Below the pieces are notes generated by a model, which was given only the letters and a program-made list of their open reading frames with translations, was not told the DNA's origin and did no database searches. From the NCBI GenBank assembly GCA_964436855.1, contig CAYTED010000008.1, forward strand, positions 4,158 to 68,157: a stretch of DNA of 64,000 bases, given 5' to 3'. Both the position numbers and the translations under genes were made by a program. Below are positions 1-10,079 of this stretch, in pieces (the first letter of the stretch is position 1; each line of letters opens with the position of its first letter). The DNA comes from an uncultured Bdellovibrionales bacterium (lineage in GTDB: Bacteria > Patescibacteriota > Minisyncoccia > Moranbacterales > UBA1568).

Positions 1-362
1 ATCGTGCTTCCCCGCTCTTCGGGAATGGTAGACACCGCGATATGGAACGATCGTTCGGATTCCGACCGCGTCAGAACCGCCATTGCCGAAACATCCGAGT
101 TTTCCCGCTGTAACTGTTCGACACGACTCTGTACCAAGTCACTCCTCGAGAGCATGTCCTGCGTGAGTATTCCGAACACGCTCTCCGAAAGAAACGCTTT
201 CGACTGTAAGAGATTGTCCGTACTTTCTTCAAACTTTCCAAGAAAATAATAGGTATTTAAAAACAAAGCCCCTGTTACCGAAACAACGAGGAAGAAAGAA
301 TAAAAAACAACCGGATTTCGCCGAACAAAATTCCACCCCTGATTCATCGCGAAAAAGGCCAT
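1..362 (-). CDS. Partial CDS (N-terminal portion; gene continues beyond window start), hypothetical membrane protein
   Basis: Minus-strand reading frame opens at ATG (rc of 360-362) and stays open to position 1. Conceptual N-terminus MAFFAMNQGWNFVRRNPVVFYSFFLVVSVTGALFLNTYYF contains a TM-like hydrophobic stretch. It is absent from the ORF track because it runs off the edge. Confidence 0.35.
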   Translation of the reverse strand, partial: MAFFAMNQGWNFVRRNPVVFYSFFLVVSVTGALFLNTYYFLGKFEESTDNLLQSKAFLSESVFGILTQDMLSRSDLVQSRVEQLQRENSDVSAMAVLTRSESERSFHIAVSTIPEERGST

Positions 363-380
363 ACCATTTGATTCCGCGAA

Positions 381-1568
381 TTACACGTTCGACCTTTTCC
401 GGCTGATAATAATGAGCGCCACTCCAAAAAAGAAAATAACGGCAACAAAAGCAATAAAAAAATATTCAAGTCGCGAGCGTTCGAGCGGCGATTTATTCTC
501 CTGCGCTCCGGTCAGTGCCGCAGCCGGGCGTACCGAAACCGCTTGTGCCGTTTTCACAAAAGGAAGCCCTTCGCTCCGTGCGGTAATTTTTCCCGTATTG
601 TCCGTTACTGCCACATAAATTTCATGGTCCCCATCTTCAATATTCGCATCGAGATCGTATGACCAGTTTCCCTCGGCGTCGGTTTTCACGGTAATAACCG
701 TTGGCGTACTATACACATAAATCGTCAGGTATGTATTCGGAAGAGCTGTTCCGGAAAAACGGATTTTGTCTTTTTCTCCCGAAGCGGCAGCCGCGACAAA
801 CTCCACTGTCTCAACTTTGTACCGTTCGTCTGTTGTCCGTTTTTTCTCAAAGTTCTTTTTTTCTTCTTCAACAACCACTCGAGGGTCTTCGAATGTTATC
901 TTATCCCGATCATCACCGGGGGAAAACTTAGTCGGATCATACCCAGTTTTTATTTCATCGCCATCCGAAAAACCGTCACGATCGGTATCAACAAGATAGG
1001 GATCGGTTCCACGTACTTTTTCTTCCAAGTTTGTCAGACCATCTTTATCAAAGTCTTCTTGCTCAAAGCTCGGATTGATCGCAAGCATTTCCCGCTCCTT
1101 CAGATTATTCGTACGCGACGACGCATCTACCTTTCCATCTCGGATCGCTTCGTCATAAGACTCATTCACCAGTTTTTCTTTCACTGTTTCTTCAAGAGAG
1201 GGCGTTACTACTTGATTGTTCACATTAATAGGAATCCCTCGGTTTCCATCGATACGAAATCCATCAGTTGTTTGCCTCGCCGTCCAGGTTATCGTCTGAT
1301 CCGGAGACGAAATCGGAGACACCGACGACGTTTTTTTCGATGTTTCATTCGTACTTTTGATATCCTCATCATTTTCTGTCGACGTGTACTGCTGCCCTAC
1401 GATATACTGCGGAGAAAGAATTGATGACTCATCCGTTTCCGCAAGCACCAGCCCCTCGTACTTTCCTGCTCCGACCAAAAGAATAAGGCCGAGTCCAAAA
1501 AACGAAACATACAAAAAAACGAGCGCGCGCATTCCCCGATAGAGAGGTTTTCCTTGAAAAAATTTCAT
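381..1568 (-). CDS. Secreted/cell-surface protein with thrombospondin type-3-like Ca-binding Asp repeats, an Ig-like (Big-like) domain and a C-terminal TM anchor
   Basis: Likely start MKFFQGKPLYRGMRALVFLY (signal peptide), not the upstream Met of the 434-aa ORF. Repeats DTDRDGFSDGDE / DKDGLTNLEEK / DPTKFSPGDDRD. C-terminus has an LTGAQ-like motif, then hydrophobic FIAFVAVIFFFGVALIII and a basic tail (sortase/LPXTG-like sorting signal flavour). Confidence 0.5.
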   Translation of the reverse strand: MKFFQGKPLYRGMRALVFLYVSFFGLGLILLVGAGKYEGLVLAETDESSILSPQYIVGQQYTSTENDEDIKSTNETSKKTSSVSPISSPDQTITWTARQTTDGFRIDGNRGIPINVNNQVVTPSLEETVKEKLVNESYDEAIRDGKVDASSRTNNLKEREMLAINPSFEQEDFDKDGLTNLEEKVRGTDPYLVDTDRDGFSDGDEIKTGYDPTKFSPGDDRDKITFEDPRVVVEEEKKNFEKKRTTDERYKVETVEFVAAAASGEKDKIRFSGTALPNTYLTIYVYSTPTVITVKTDAEGNWSYDLDANIEDGDHEIYVAVTDNTGKITARSEGLPFVKTAQAVSVRPAAALTGAQENKSPLERSRLEYFFIAFVAVIFFFGVALIIISRKRSNV

Positions 1569-2095
1569 ACACTTCCTTTTTTTTCTATTGTAGCGGTTAT
1601 AGCGTATCCCGCAACTGCTGCCGCAACCGATACATTGAGCGATTCTTTCTTTCCTCGCATCGGAATATTGATTGCCCGATCGCAAAGAGCAAGATCTTTT
1701 TCCGAAATTCCCTCCACCTCACGACCAAACACCAGTGCAATCTTCTTTTGTTGTGGAACAAAATCGATATATGAAACACTCTTTTCCGTTTGTTCGACCG
1801 CAACAATTTCATACCCCTCCCGTTTGAGATGTTTCACTACGGTTTCAAATCGAACCGCCTTCTTCCAGGGAATATTCTTTTCCGCACCAAGCGCCGTCTT
1901 TGCAATTTGTTTTTCAGCAGGAGAAAGGTAACAACTCCCCATTTTTGCCGGAATCGGCGTATACCCTACGCAGTATACCCTCTCCACCCCAATACCGTCC
2001 GCCGATCGAAATATCGATCCGACATTGTACGCGCTGCGAATATTGTTGAGAACAAATACCAGAGAAAATTCTTTCATGTTACTTTGATTCTTCAA
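1565..2095 (-). CDS. SpoU/TrmH-family RNA 2'-O-methyltransferase
   Basis: SPOUT fold motifs: NIRSAYNVGSIFRSADGIGV, LVFGREVEGIS, INIPMRGKKESLNVSVAAAV. True start is probably the internal MKEFSLVFVL (at 2074). Confidence 0.7.
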   Translation of the reverse strand: MKNQSNMKEFSLVFVLNNIRSAYNVGSIFRSADGIGVERVYCVGYTPIPAKMGSCYLSPAEKQIAKTALGAEKNIPWKKAVRFETVVKHLKREGYEIVAVEQTEKSVSYIDFVPQQKKIALVFGREVEGISEKDLALCDRAINIPMRGKKESLNVSVAAAVAGYAITATIEKKGSV

Positions 2096-3104
2096 AAAGT
2101 TTTTTCCCTACCTCCCACACCGCCGGATAATCTCTCTTTTCTTTCAGCCAATACCACCACTCCGGTCCCCAAAGGTATATCTCGGAAAACCCAACGCGTT
2201 TCGCATACGTAACAATCTCGCGAAGCTGTTTTTCATCCATGGTTCGAAATTGCTCCTCAAGCGAAACATTTGCAATCCACCCACTCGCCCATGGTTCCGC
2301 CTGGAGCTCGATCACGGTAAAATGCTGTTGATCTGTCAGCAGTCTCGTAATCTTTTCTTTGAATCGGAAAAAGTTCGGTCCGAGCGGATATTCAAAGTAC
2401 CCGCGTTTGGCACTCCAAATTTTCCGGTACATCGTCGTGCCGAATTCATCGCCGCGTTTTGCCGCACGAAACCAAAGCGAAAGCTCGCCACTATCTGTAA
2501 GCATAACCGGCCGCGTCGGATCGAGTCGCTTCACAAACGCCACCTCTTCCTCTAATTGATTGGGATCGAATGACGGACAAATACCGAAAAACACCAAAAA
2601 GGGCTCGTTTTCCACTTGCCATTTTACAATTTCCGGACGATTTTTATATCGTTCGACCGTTTTCCCGAGTAACTGAAAGAGTGCCGCTTTCCGCTTCCCG
2701 TCATCAGTATTCGCCCATTCGGGAATATGGCACTCGGGCCACCGTGGCACGCGCTGTCCGATGGAAAGAATCACTTCCGCATCGCGTTTTTGCGCCTCAT
2801 CAAGCTGCCAATCCACATCGGAAAAATTATATTCCCCGGGTCGCTTCTCCACATCATTCCAATACACCGGAATACGAAGTTTCCGAATCTTCATATCATC
2901 AAGCAGCGCGATATAGGTTTCTTTCCAGTCAAGCCCAAGCGCTTCGGCATACTGATTCGAAAATGTCGCACCAAGTTTCACATCCTCCCGCGGCGCCGGG
3001 CCCGGAAGATTGAAATATGCAAAAAGAAGAAGTACGGCCACCACTGCCGACCCGACAAAAAGAAGGATCATTCGGGCAATATGTTGTACGCTCTGCCATT
3101 TCAT
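2079..3104 (-). CDS. Membrane-anchored clan GH-A (GH5-like) TIM-barrel glycoside hydrolase
   Basis: N-terminal TM. RIPVYWNDVE...VILSIGQ...WQVENEP (catalytic NEP acid/base motif), later ELQAEPW (nucleophile-like). Confidence 0.5.
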   Translation of the reverse strand: MKWQSVQHIARMILLFVGSAVVAVLLLFAYFNLPGPAPREDVKLGATFSNQYAEALGLDWKETYIALLDDMKIRKLRIPVYWNDVEKRPGEYNFSDVDWQLDEAQKRDAEVILSIGQRVPRWPECHIPEWANTDDGKRKAALFQLLGKTVERYKNRPEIVKWQVENEPFLVFFGICPSFDPNQLEEEVAFVKRLDPTRPVMLTDSGELSLWFRAAKRGDEFGTTMYRKIWSAKRGYFEYPLGPNFFRFKEKITRLLTDQQHFTVIELQAEPWASGWIANVSLEEQFRTMDEKQLREIVTYAKRVGFSEIYLWGPEWWYWLKEKRDYPAVWEVGKKLFEESK

Positions 3105-3120
3105 ACCGATTTCTTTATCA

Positions 3121-4071
3121 TTAAAAAAATACCATTCCCGTCCCCGCGGTCACACTCGCAAGAAGCGAAATACCGATTCCTACGAGCAAAATAGCGAATG
3201 CTTTTTGCACCCAATCATTCGGAGCGAGTTTTTCGCCGTAGATCAAAGGAAGCTTGAAAGAAAGAAGGAACGAAAGTATGAAAACGAACACAAATTGCGC
3301 GCCGGAAAGCGCGTTAATCATCGTGAGTGGTCCAATCGAAATTGCATACACCAAAAGAAATGACGCCAGTCCCCCGCATGCCTTGTTCAAAACAAAGAGA
3401 AAGCCCGTCATCGCATGATGCGGATGCGGTTCGGAAAAACGTTCACTGTGTATCAAAATATCTCGTCGGAACGCCGGAATGAGAAGAAGCGTGAATCCTC
3501 CGATAAAAATTCCAAAACGGGACCAAAAAAATCCATTCACGAAATTCATCTCCTGATAGGCTCCTTTGAGATAGAGAAGCGAGATTGCAAATAACACACC
3601 CGCAAATATCACAGAAATCGGCATTGTGTCCGTCTTTTTGAGCGGAAGATCGAATGATACAAGTAGCGCTCCACCCACCAATAGAAAAAATGCGAGAAAA
3701 AACCGCGCTTCATTCAGAATCATTCCCGCCTGCGAAACATTTTTCAGGAAAAGAATAAAAAACGAAGTAAGCGCAAGAATTACCCCTACTGCCGGTGCAA
3801 CTCGCGATACCTCGATTTTCTTTACCGCATCGTAAAACGCAAGAAGTCCGTAAAGAAATACAATTCCCGACAAAATCGCGAGACCCGTATTTCCAAGTCC
3901 TTGCCATTCGACCCCAAACGGAATTGCAAGAAACGCAAATGAAGAAAAAAGCGCCATGAGAAACGCATACATCGCCGGTGAACCAATTCGACCGGAAAGA
4001 AGATACTTATCAAGTACCGCCGCAAATGCGGAGAGTAAATAACTCGCAAGAGTAATAAGGAGCCAGGTCAT
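3121..4071 (-). CDS. DMT-superfamily (EamA-like) 10-TM transporter
   Basis: About 10 predicted TM helices with two EamA-like halves. Confidence 0.45.
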   Translation of the reverse strand: MTWLLITLASYLLSAFAAVLDKYLLSGRIGSPAMYAFLMALFSSFAFLAIPFGVEWQGLGNTGLAILSGIVFLYGLLAFYDAVKKIEVSRVAPAVGVILALTSFFILFLKNVSQAGMILNEARFFLAFFLLVGGALLVSFDLPLKKTDTMPISVIFAGVLFAISLLYLKGAYQEMNFVNGFFWSRFGIFIGGFTLLLIPAFRRDILIHSERFSEPHPHHAMTGFLFVLNKACGGLASFLLVYAISIGPLTMINALSGAQFVFVFILSFLLSFKLPLIYGEKLAPNDWVQKAFAILLVGIGISLLASVTAGTGMVFF

Positions 4072-4211
4072 GAAATTTTGGTTTCGGTTTTACTTTTTCA
4101 GAATACCATTTTCAATACGGAAGCGATAGACAGCCCAAAAAAAAGACATCATCGATGTCTCTTTTTCAAAAGGTCCCCGCCTGTCCGCCTTTGCGGGACT
4201 CCTTTTCTCTA

Positions 4212-4826
4212 TCAAATACAGATACATAGATGATCCAGGCCTGTTGTGCTTACGAGGCCACACGAATACCCGGTATCTGCAACCTTAGTACAGGGGTCGC
4301 TATTACTAGGCGGAACGGTATCTTTACATCCGGACCCCCACTTTTGACGCGTACTCCCTCCGGCAGCATTAACCATGCATCCTCCTACGACCCCCCTACT
4401 TACTGCTGCAACCGCCGTTTCGATCACCCGCGTCGTACCGCTCGCCGTTATCGTTCCTTCGGCTTTAATTTTCGTCAGCCTACTTCTCCATGCGCTATCG
4501 TTACAGTCAATAAAATTACCGTTCTCATCAAGGAAGGTAACTTTTACCGTTCCACCAGAAACAGAGAAACTCACCACTCCCGATACACAACTCGCATCAA
4601 GAGTCGAAATCGTAGTATAACTCCCTTTATAAATTTTTCGCAAAACCTGCTCCACCCCGGAGTCCGCAACTTGAAAAGATTGTACCGACTCTGCTGTCGA
4701 CCCCGCACTCTTTCGATTGGAAAGAGTGACCGCCGTAATCGTCAGCGCGGCGGAGAGCATAATCGAGAGAATAATGAGCGAAAAAACCAACACAGAACCT
4801 CGTTTTACCTGAAAAAACTTTAGCAT
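4212..4826 (-). CDS. Membrane-anchored hypothetical protein (possible pilin/pseudopilin-like N-terminus)
   Basis: Short basic leader MLKFFQVKRG followed by a hydrophobic helix SVLVFSLIILSIMLSAALTI and a Ser/Thr-rich beta-rich domain. Lacks the Glu at +5 of canonical type IV pilins, so the pilin call is weak. Confidence 0.3.
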   Translation of the reverse strand: MLKFFQVKRGSVLVFSLIILSIMLSAALTITAVTLSNRKSAGSTAESVQSFQVADSGVEQVLRKIYKGSYTTISTLDASCVSGVVSFSVSGGTVKVTFLDENGNFIDCNDSAWRSRLTKIKAEGTITASGTTRVIETAVAAVSRGVVGGCMVNAAGGSTRQKWGSGCKDTVPPSNSDPCTKVADTGYSCGLVSTTGLDHLCICI

Positions 4827-4895
4827 AGATTTTTTTTAATTTTTGAGGATTACTCGATCGCTTACTATATTACTGATACCAATATACCCCCATAA

Positions 4896-5396
4896 TTATT
4901 CCACCACAAGCTTTCCAAGCATATCCGAGTGCCCTTCGCCGCAATAAAAAGAACATTTAAATGAGAACTCGCCTTTTTTGTCGGTCACAAATTCAACCAT
5001 AACCGATTCCCCTTCTTTTGCGACATCACTCTTCACCGAAAGTTCCGGGATTGAGAGCGCGTGTGTTCCGGACACGCTCTTCATCGTAATTTGCACTCTT
5101 TCCCCTTGTTTTACACGGATTTCTTTCGGATCAAAATACCAGTTGTGTGCGGAAAGAGAAATTTCTCGCACTGATTGATCCGACGATGCATCCTGTTTCG
5201 GCAAGCGATCCGAAATATCCGGATTGCCATTTGGAGGATTTTCCGTCGGATACTTGAAGTTTTCCGGCCCCGACTGCGTCTTTCCTGTCGAAACGGATTC
5301 CGCCGGCGCCATTACTTTTTGTTCGTCCTTTTTTACGAAAAACACGCCGATCGCGACCAATACAATCACGATGAGACCGCCAAAAATTTTTCCCAT
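4896..5396 (-). CDS. Membrane-anchored cupredoxin-fold copper protein
   Basis: N-terminal TM, then C-terminal FKCSFYCGEGHSDMLGKLVV, i.e. a Cys-x3-Cys-x3-His-x2-Met copper ligand pattern as in CuA/COX2-like cupredoxins. Confidence 0.5.
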   Translation of the reverse strand: MGKIFGGLIVIVLVAIGVFFVKKDEQKVMAPAESVSTGKTQSGPENFKYPTENPPNGNPDISDRLPKQDASSDQSVREISLSAHNWYFDPKEIRVKQGERVQITMKSVSGTHALSIPELSVKSDVAKEGESVMVEFVTDKKGEFSFKCSFYCGEGHSDMLGKLVVE

Positions 5397-5413
5397 ACGA
5401 CGTAGAATAATGA

Positions 5414-6484
5414 TTATCGAAGAACGCGTTCATTATACGCCTCTCGGTCACTTTTTTGAAATACCGAAAAAAATGGCTTTCCCGAGAGGATTTGCGCATT
5501 GACGAAAAGCGTGGGAATCATTCGAATCGCTTTTTTCCGAAATGGCGGACGAACGGAAACCTCGAGACGATAGTTCTTTCGAAACCAATCCTTGATTCCC
5601 GCTCGCGTATTGTATTCTTTCGGAATGACAAACGGTTCGTATCGTTTTTTCTCCGCCGAAAAATATTTCTTGTGATTCTCATGAAGAAACACAAACACCT
5701 GCGCGCTTCTCCAGTCTGTCTGTTTTTTATTTTTTGTTGACTGTTTTTTGTTGGCTGATTCTTGCGCTCCCTTCTCCCGAAAATACACACACCGCATATG
5801 AAGCGAACATGCTTCACATTTTGGTCGAGCAAGACAGATCGCTGATCCAAAATCCATCAGAGCGGCATTCGATGTTTTCGCCGGGAGAGAAAATTTTTCT
5901 TCAAACTCCCGCATTATCATCTCGGACTTGATCCGGGATCTTACACCCTCCCCTTTCTTTGATTTCAGATTCCGGGTCGGGTCCGGAATGGCAGAAAGAA
6001 AATGTTTCGTTCCAAAGAAAAATCGTCCGATCACGCGTCGGAGATTCGTATCCCATGCCATCGTATTTTCCCCATACGCGAAACTCGCGATCGCGGCGGC
6101 AGTATATGGGCCAATACCGGGAAGCTTTTGCAACACTTCGACCTCTCGAGGAAATATTCCGTTATACTTCTCGACAATTTCCTGTGCCGCGCGAAGCATA
6201 TTGCGCCCGCGGGCATAATATCCAAGCCCCTTGTAATATGGAAGAAATGCGTTCCAGTTTGATCTTGCAAGCGACTCGACCGTCGGATATTTTTTCAAAA
6301 ACCGCGCATAATAGTCGATTACGCGCAACACCTGCGTTTGCTGCAGCATAATCTCGCTTACCCAGACCTCATAGGCAGTTATGTTTTTCTTTCGCCACGG
6401 CAAATGTTCCCGACCAACTTTTTGAAAAAAATCCGAGAGAGATTGTTCAAAAAAAACTATTTTTTCTTTTTGAATTTTTTTCAT
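5414..6484 (-). CDS. mutY: A/G-specific adenine DNA glycosylase (MutY/Nth HhH-GPD family)
   Basis: HhH-GPD motif LQKLPGIGPYTAAAI...GENTMAWDTNLRRV, 4Fe-4S cysteine cluster CLARPKCEACSLHMRC, plus a C-terminal extension. Confidence 0.7.
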   Translation of the reverse strand: MKKIQKEKIVFFEQSLSDFFQKVGREHLPWRKKNITAYEVWVSEIMLQQTQVLRVIDYYARFLKKYPTVESLARSNWNAFLPYYKGLGYYARGRNMLRAAQEIVEKYNGIFPREVEVLQKLPGIGPYTAAAIASFAYGENTMAWDTNLRRVIGRFFFGTKHFLSAIPDPTRNLKSKKGEGVRSRIKSEMIMREFEEKFSLPAKTSNAALMDFGSAICLARPKCEACSLHMRCVYFREKGAQESANKKQSTKNKKQTDWRSAQVFVFLHENHKKYFSAEKKRYEPFVIPKEYNTRAGIKDWFRKNYRLEVSVRPPFRKKAIRMIPTLFVNAQILSGKPFFSVFQKSDREAYNERVLR

Positions 6485-6499
6485 TTTTTGATCTTCTCT

Positions 6500-7771
6500 T
6501 TATATGATCACTCCTCCACCCAGACAGTATTCTCCGTCATAAAACACGGCGAACTGCCCCGCGGCGATTCCTTTGTCCATTTCATCAGTGAGTGTTACGC
6601 TCGCATTTCCATCCTGTACAAAAGAGACCGCGCACGAATATTCCTTTTCTCCATGACGGAGCTTCACTGAAAGATTTTTTTTCTGTGGCACAGTACCTGA
6701 AATCCAATTCAATCCACCGACTTCGAACGTATCGCGAAACATTTCTTCGCTCCGATAATGATTGGACACAAAAATCGTATTCGTCTCGATATTTTTCTCG
6801 ACCACGTACCACGGTCCGCCCGAGAGACGGATATTGCGCCGCTGCCCAATCGTATAAAACCAAAATCCGTGATGCGTCCCGAGTTTCTTTCCGGTTTTCC
6901 AATCAACAATATCCCCTTCTTTTTTCCCCAAGTGGTACTCAAGAAATTTATCAAAGGCGATTTTCCCCAAAAAACAAATTCCTTGGCTGTCTTTTCGCTT
7001 CGCATTCGGCAATTCGTATTTCTCCGCCAATATGCGCACCTCTTTTTTTGTCAGATGACCGATCGGAAAACACGCTTGAGCGATTTGTTCCTGCGAAAGC
7101 TGCGACAAGAAATACGTCTGATCCTTAATCGGATCGGGAGATTTTTTCAACAATACCTTTTTTTGAGATTGTATCGGATGTGTTTTTTCTGCTGCCTGTG
7201 ACCTGTCCGAAGAAATGCTTTCGGTTCGAAAAAATTTCTGTGGTTGCCGTTGAGTGAGGAAATTTTTTCGGTCATCGAAAGCATTGATGAGTCGAGAAGG
7301 CGAAGAAAAAATACCATCCGACACAATCTTCTCTTCCGCCTCGCCGGAGCGAATACGTGTGCGAGAAGAATGTATCGAAGAACATTCCTCCACTTGTGCA
7401 TAGTGACCCGTTGCAATCTTGTCGAAACCTTTTCCTGCGGCATCATAAAACGCACCGAATTTTATCCGCGTATTGCAGAGCACATCCGGATTTGGCGTTC
7501 GTCCCGATTTCACTTCATCAATCACATACGAGACAATTCGATCCCAGTATTCCTTCTGAAACGGCACCACTTCAAGCGGTACGCCCGCTTGTTCACAGAC
7601 TGCTCGCGCGTATTTCAAATCATCCTCCCATGGGCACTCGCCGAGAAACGCCATTTCGTCCTCAAGCCAGATTTTGAGATAAAACGCATGCACTTCATGC
7701 CCGGCATCAAGCAAACGCCTGAGCGCGACCGAACTATCTACTCCGCCAGAAATAAGCATTGCTATTTTCAT
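6500..7771 (-). CDS. mnmA: tRNA-specific 2-thiouridylase MnmA
   Basis: PP-loop SGGVDSS, DVLCNTRIKFGAFYD, IATGHYAQ, DQTYFLSQL, GICFLGK. Contains an internal low-complexity insertion of about 70 aa. Start taken at MKIAMLISGGVDSS. Confidence 0.8.
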   Translation of the reverse strand: MKIAMLISGGVDSSVALRRLLDAGHEVHAFYLKIWLEDEMAFLGECPWEDDLKYARAVCEQAGVPLEVVPFQKEYWDRIVSYVIDEVKSGRTPNPDVLCNTRIKFGAFYDAAGKGFDKIATGHYAQVEECSSIHSSRTRIRSGEAEEKIVSDGIFSSPSRLINAFDDRKNFLTQRQPQKFFRTESISSDRSQAAEKTHPIQSQKKVLLKKSPDPIKDQTYFLSQLSQEQIAQACFPIGHLTKKEVRILAEKYELPNAKRKDSQGICFLGKIAFDKFLEYHLGKKEGDIVDWKTGKKLGTHHGFWFYTIGQRRNIRLSGGPWYVVEKNIETNTIFVSNHYRSEEMFRDTFEVGGLNWISGTVPQKKNLSVKLRHGEKEYSCAVSFVQDGNASVTLTDEMDKGIAAGQFAVFYDGEYCLGGGVII

Positions 7772-8398
7772 AGATATTCTTGTCGAGTGGATTAGTATAT
7801 GCTTTTTTACCAAAAAAAGAAAGGCTTACTGCGTATACCCTTCACAGCGCACCTCATTTCTCTTCTTGATATGTTGCCGATCTCAATCGTACGGTCAATC
7901 GATCCTGAAAACGTTTCAGGAAAATTTTCAACTCATATTCGTATCGACACTTCGACTCGCCCGATATTTTTTCAGAAGATAGGAAAGGTATCGGCCCATA
8001 ATCTTGCGGACAAGAAAATTTCTCTCGCAAAAAACATTTCGTCGCGTGCGCGGCAGCTGAAGTGACCACGCGCGCATAAAAATACTTCTGCGATCGCGCG
8101 ACGACCAAATACGCCTCGCCACCGCGTCTACACTCCGACGACTCTCCACGGAAACAAACAGCTTTTGTTCACCGCAAGAATCTTCTCAAGAACGAGAAAC
8201 CCTCCTCACATGAAACAGAAGGGTTACATAGTCGTTTCTGCGCACTCGGCGTCATAGTAACCCCTCCCTGTAAAATGAATCAGGAAACAATAGCCTGCCA
8301 TTACCATTTTCCAATGTCAAAATTCCCGTTGTTTTTATCTCGATCATTTTCCGGAGTATTTCTTTTTTTCTTTTCATGCTCCATGATACACTTTACAT

Positions 8399-9013
8399 AT
8401 GGATCAATCCGAGATACTCGCATCGACGCTCGCGCACTTCCTTGAACGCTGGGGGGTGCTTTCTGTGTGGTTGATTGTATTTCTTTCGGGAGAAAACGGT
8501 ATCCTTGCGTCTTTTGCGGTAGCCGCACAGGGATTTATCGCACCGATTCCGACATTCCTTCTCGCTTTCCTCGGATCGTTAAGTGCCGATATCTTCTGGT
8601 TTCTCGTCGGGAGATACTCACACTCATACCGGGCGCGACATCTCGCCGATGAAGAAAAAACATCCGACACCCTTCCGCTCCTTCGACTTCTCCGAACGCA
8701 CACGTTTCTTTTTATGACTTTTATGAAATTTCTCGTCGGAATGAGACTTTTCCTGACGCTCTATGTCGCGCGAAAACTCCCCATCTCTTTCAAGCGCTAC
8801 CTCGTACTCAACACGATCGGAACCGGCGTTTTCGTTGTCGCTCTTTTCCCTGTGGGTTGGTGGCTTGGTAAGGGTGTTTCGAATGCGCTCGATATCGAAC
8901 ACCGCATCACCTCGGTGTTCACGGTTATTGTTCTTGTTCTTCTCATCGGTCAGCTTCTGCCCCTTCTTGTGCGATTCGCCATTCACCGTTTTTCCCGAAA
9001 AAACGCCGCATAA
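8399..9013 (+). CDS. DedA/TVP38 family membrane protein
   Basis: VWLIVFLSGENGILASFAVAAQGFIAPIPTFLLAFLGSLSADIFWFLVGRY matches the DedA signature; multiple TM helices. Confidence 0.5.
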   Translation: MDQSEILASTLAHFLERWGVLSVWLIVFLSGENGILASFAVAAQGFIAPIPTFLLAFLGSLSADIFWFLVGRYSHSYRARHLADEEKTSDTLPLLRLLRTHTFLFMTFMKFLVGMRLFLTLYVARKLPISFKRYLVLNTIGTGVFVVALFPVGWWLGKGVSNALDIEHRITSVFTVIVLVLLIGQLLPLLVRFAIHRFSRKNAA

Positions 9014-9034
9014 ACGCAAAGAAATGCACGCCGT

Positions 9035-9991
9035 CTATAAACAAGAACGGCTCAAGAATTTTTCCACCATCTCGGCGACTTCTTCTCTAGTACGACAATC
9101 CATAAGCTTTACACGGAGTTCTTTTGCTTCCGGAAAACCGTGTGCGTAGGCCTTATAGTGCTTTTTCATCACCTCGAAACTTTTTCTCTTTGCAAAAAGT
9201 TCTTCGTACAGCCTTGTGTGCTCCACCATGACACGGAGTTTTTCTTCCAGAGAAACTTCGCGCTCGGAAAAAAGCCACGGATTGCCAAAAATTCCCCGAC
9301 CGATCATCACACCGTCAACACCCGTTTCTGAAACCTTCGCTCGCGCCTCGGTGAGACTTTTTACATCGCCGTTTCCGATAACAAGCACATCGGATCCGCG
9401 CGCAATCTCGACCGCTCTCGCAATCCGATCCCAATTCGCCGGAACAAGCGACATCTCTTTTTTGGTCCGCGCGTGCACCGTAATCGCCGCCGGTTTCGTT
9501 TCAAGAAGTTTCGGAAGCCACTTTTCCAATTCATCTCTGTTGTACCCGATTCGCGTTTTCACGGAGATGGGGATTCTCCCTTTCACTCCTTCTTGTGCGG
9601 CAAGAATTAATTCCTGTGCGAGGGTCGGATTCTGCATCAACTTTGCACCCGCGCCTTGTTTCATTACATTTTTGTCCGGACAGCCCATATTGATATCAAC
9701 CCCGTCAAATCCAAGCTCGGCGATAATTCGCGCCGCCTCGCGCATTTTTTCCGGATGCGCCGTAAACACCTGCGCGACAATCGGTCGCTCATTTTCGGTG
9801 TATTGCAAATCAATCATCATCGCCGCTCGTCCCTCGGGATGACACAACCCGTCCGCCGAAACGAATTCCGTCCATAACACATCCGGTTTTCCGTATTTCG
9901 CAATAATTCGCCGAAAAGCCGCATCCGTGACATTCGCCATCGGCGCCAAGACAAAAAACGGTTTCTCGAGTTGTGTCCAAAAGTTTTTCAT
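9035..9991 (-). CDS. dus: tRNA-dihydrouridine synthase
   Basis: FVLAPMANVTDAAFRRI, DINMGCPDKNVMKQGAGAKLM, HARTKKEMSLVPANWD. Start taken at MKNFWTQ. Confidence 0.8.
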   Translation of the reverse strand: MKNFWTQLEKPFFVLAPMANVTDAAFRRIIAKYGKPDVLWTEFVSADGLCHPEGRAAMMIDLQYTENERPIVAQVFTAHPEKMREAARIIAELGFDGVDINMGCPDKNVMKQGAGAKLMQNPTLAQELILAAQEGVKGRIPISVKTRIGYNRDELEKWLPKLLETKPAAITVHARTKKEMSLVPANWDRIARAVEIARGSDVLVIGNGDVKSLTEARAKVSETGVDGVMIGRGIFGNPWLFSEREVSLEEKLRVMVEHTRLYEELFAKRKSFEVMKKHYKAYAHGFPEAKELRVKLMDCRTREEVAEMVEKFLSRSCL

Positions 9992-10079
9992 AACAAGAAA
10001 GAAGTGTAGCGTTATTCCAAAAATCAAGCAAGAAAAAAGGAAGACTTTGGTCTCCCTGAAATACAAGTACTTCCAATGA

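Noticed and set aside
4-249. Plus-strand 81-aa ORF at the window start
   Set aside because: It is antisense to a longer open minus-strand frame (1-362) whose N-terminus looks like a membrane protein. Its composition is not protein-like.
7981-8230. AGGAAAG ... ACAGAAGGG motifs reminiscent of RNase P RNA P4 strands
   Set aside because: Other universally conserved RNase P elements are absent or out of order. I could not build a consistent secondary structure by eye. It is left as an unassigned non-coding gap pending a covariance-model scan.
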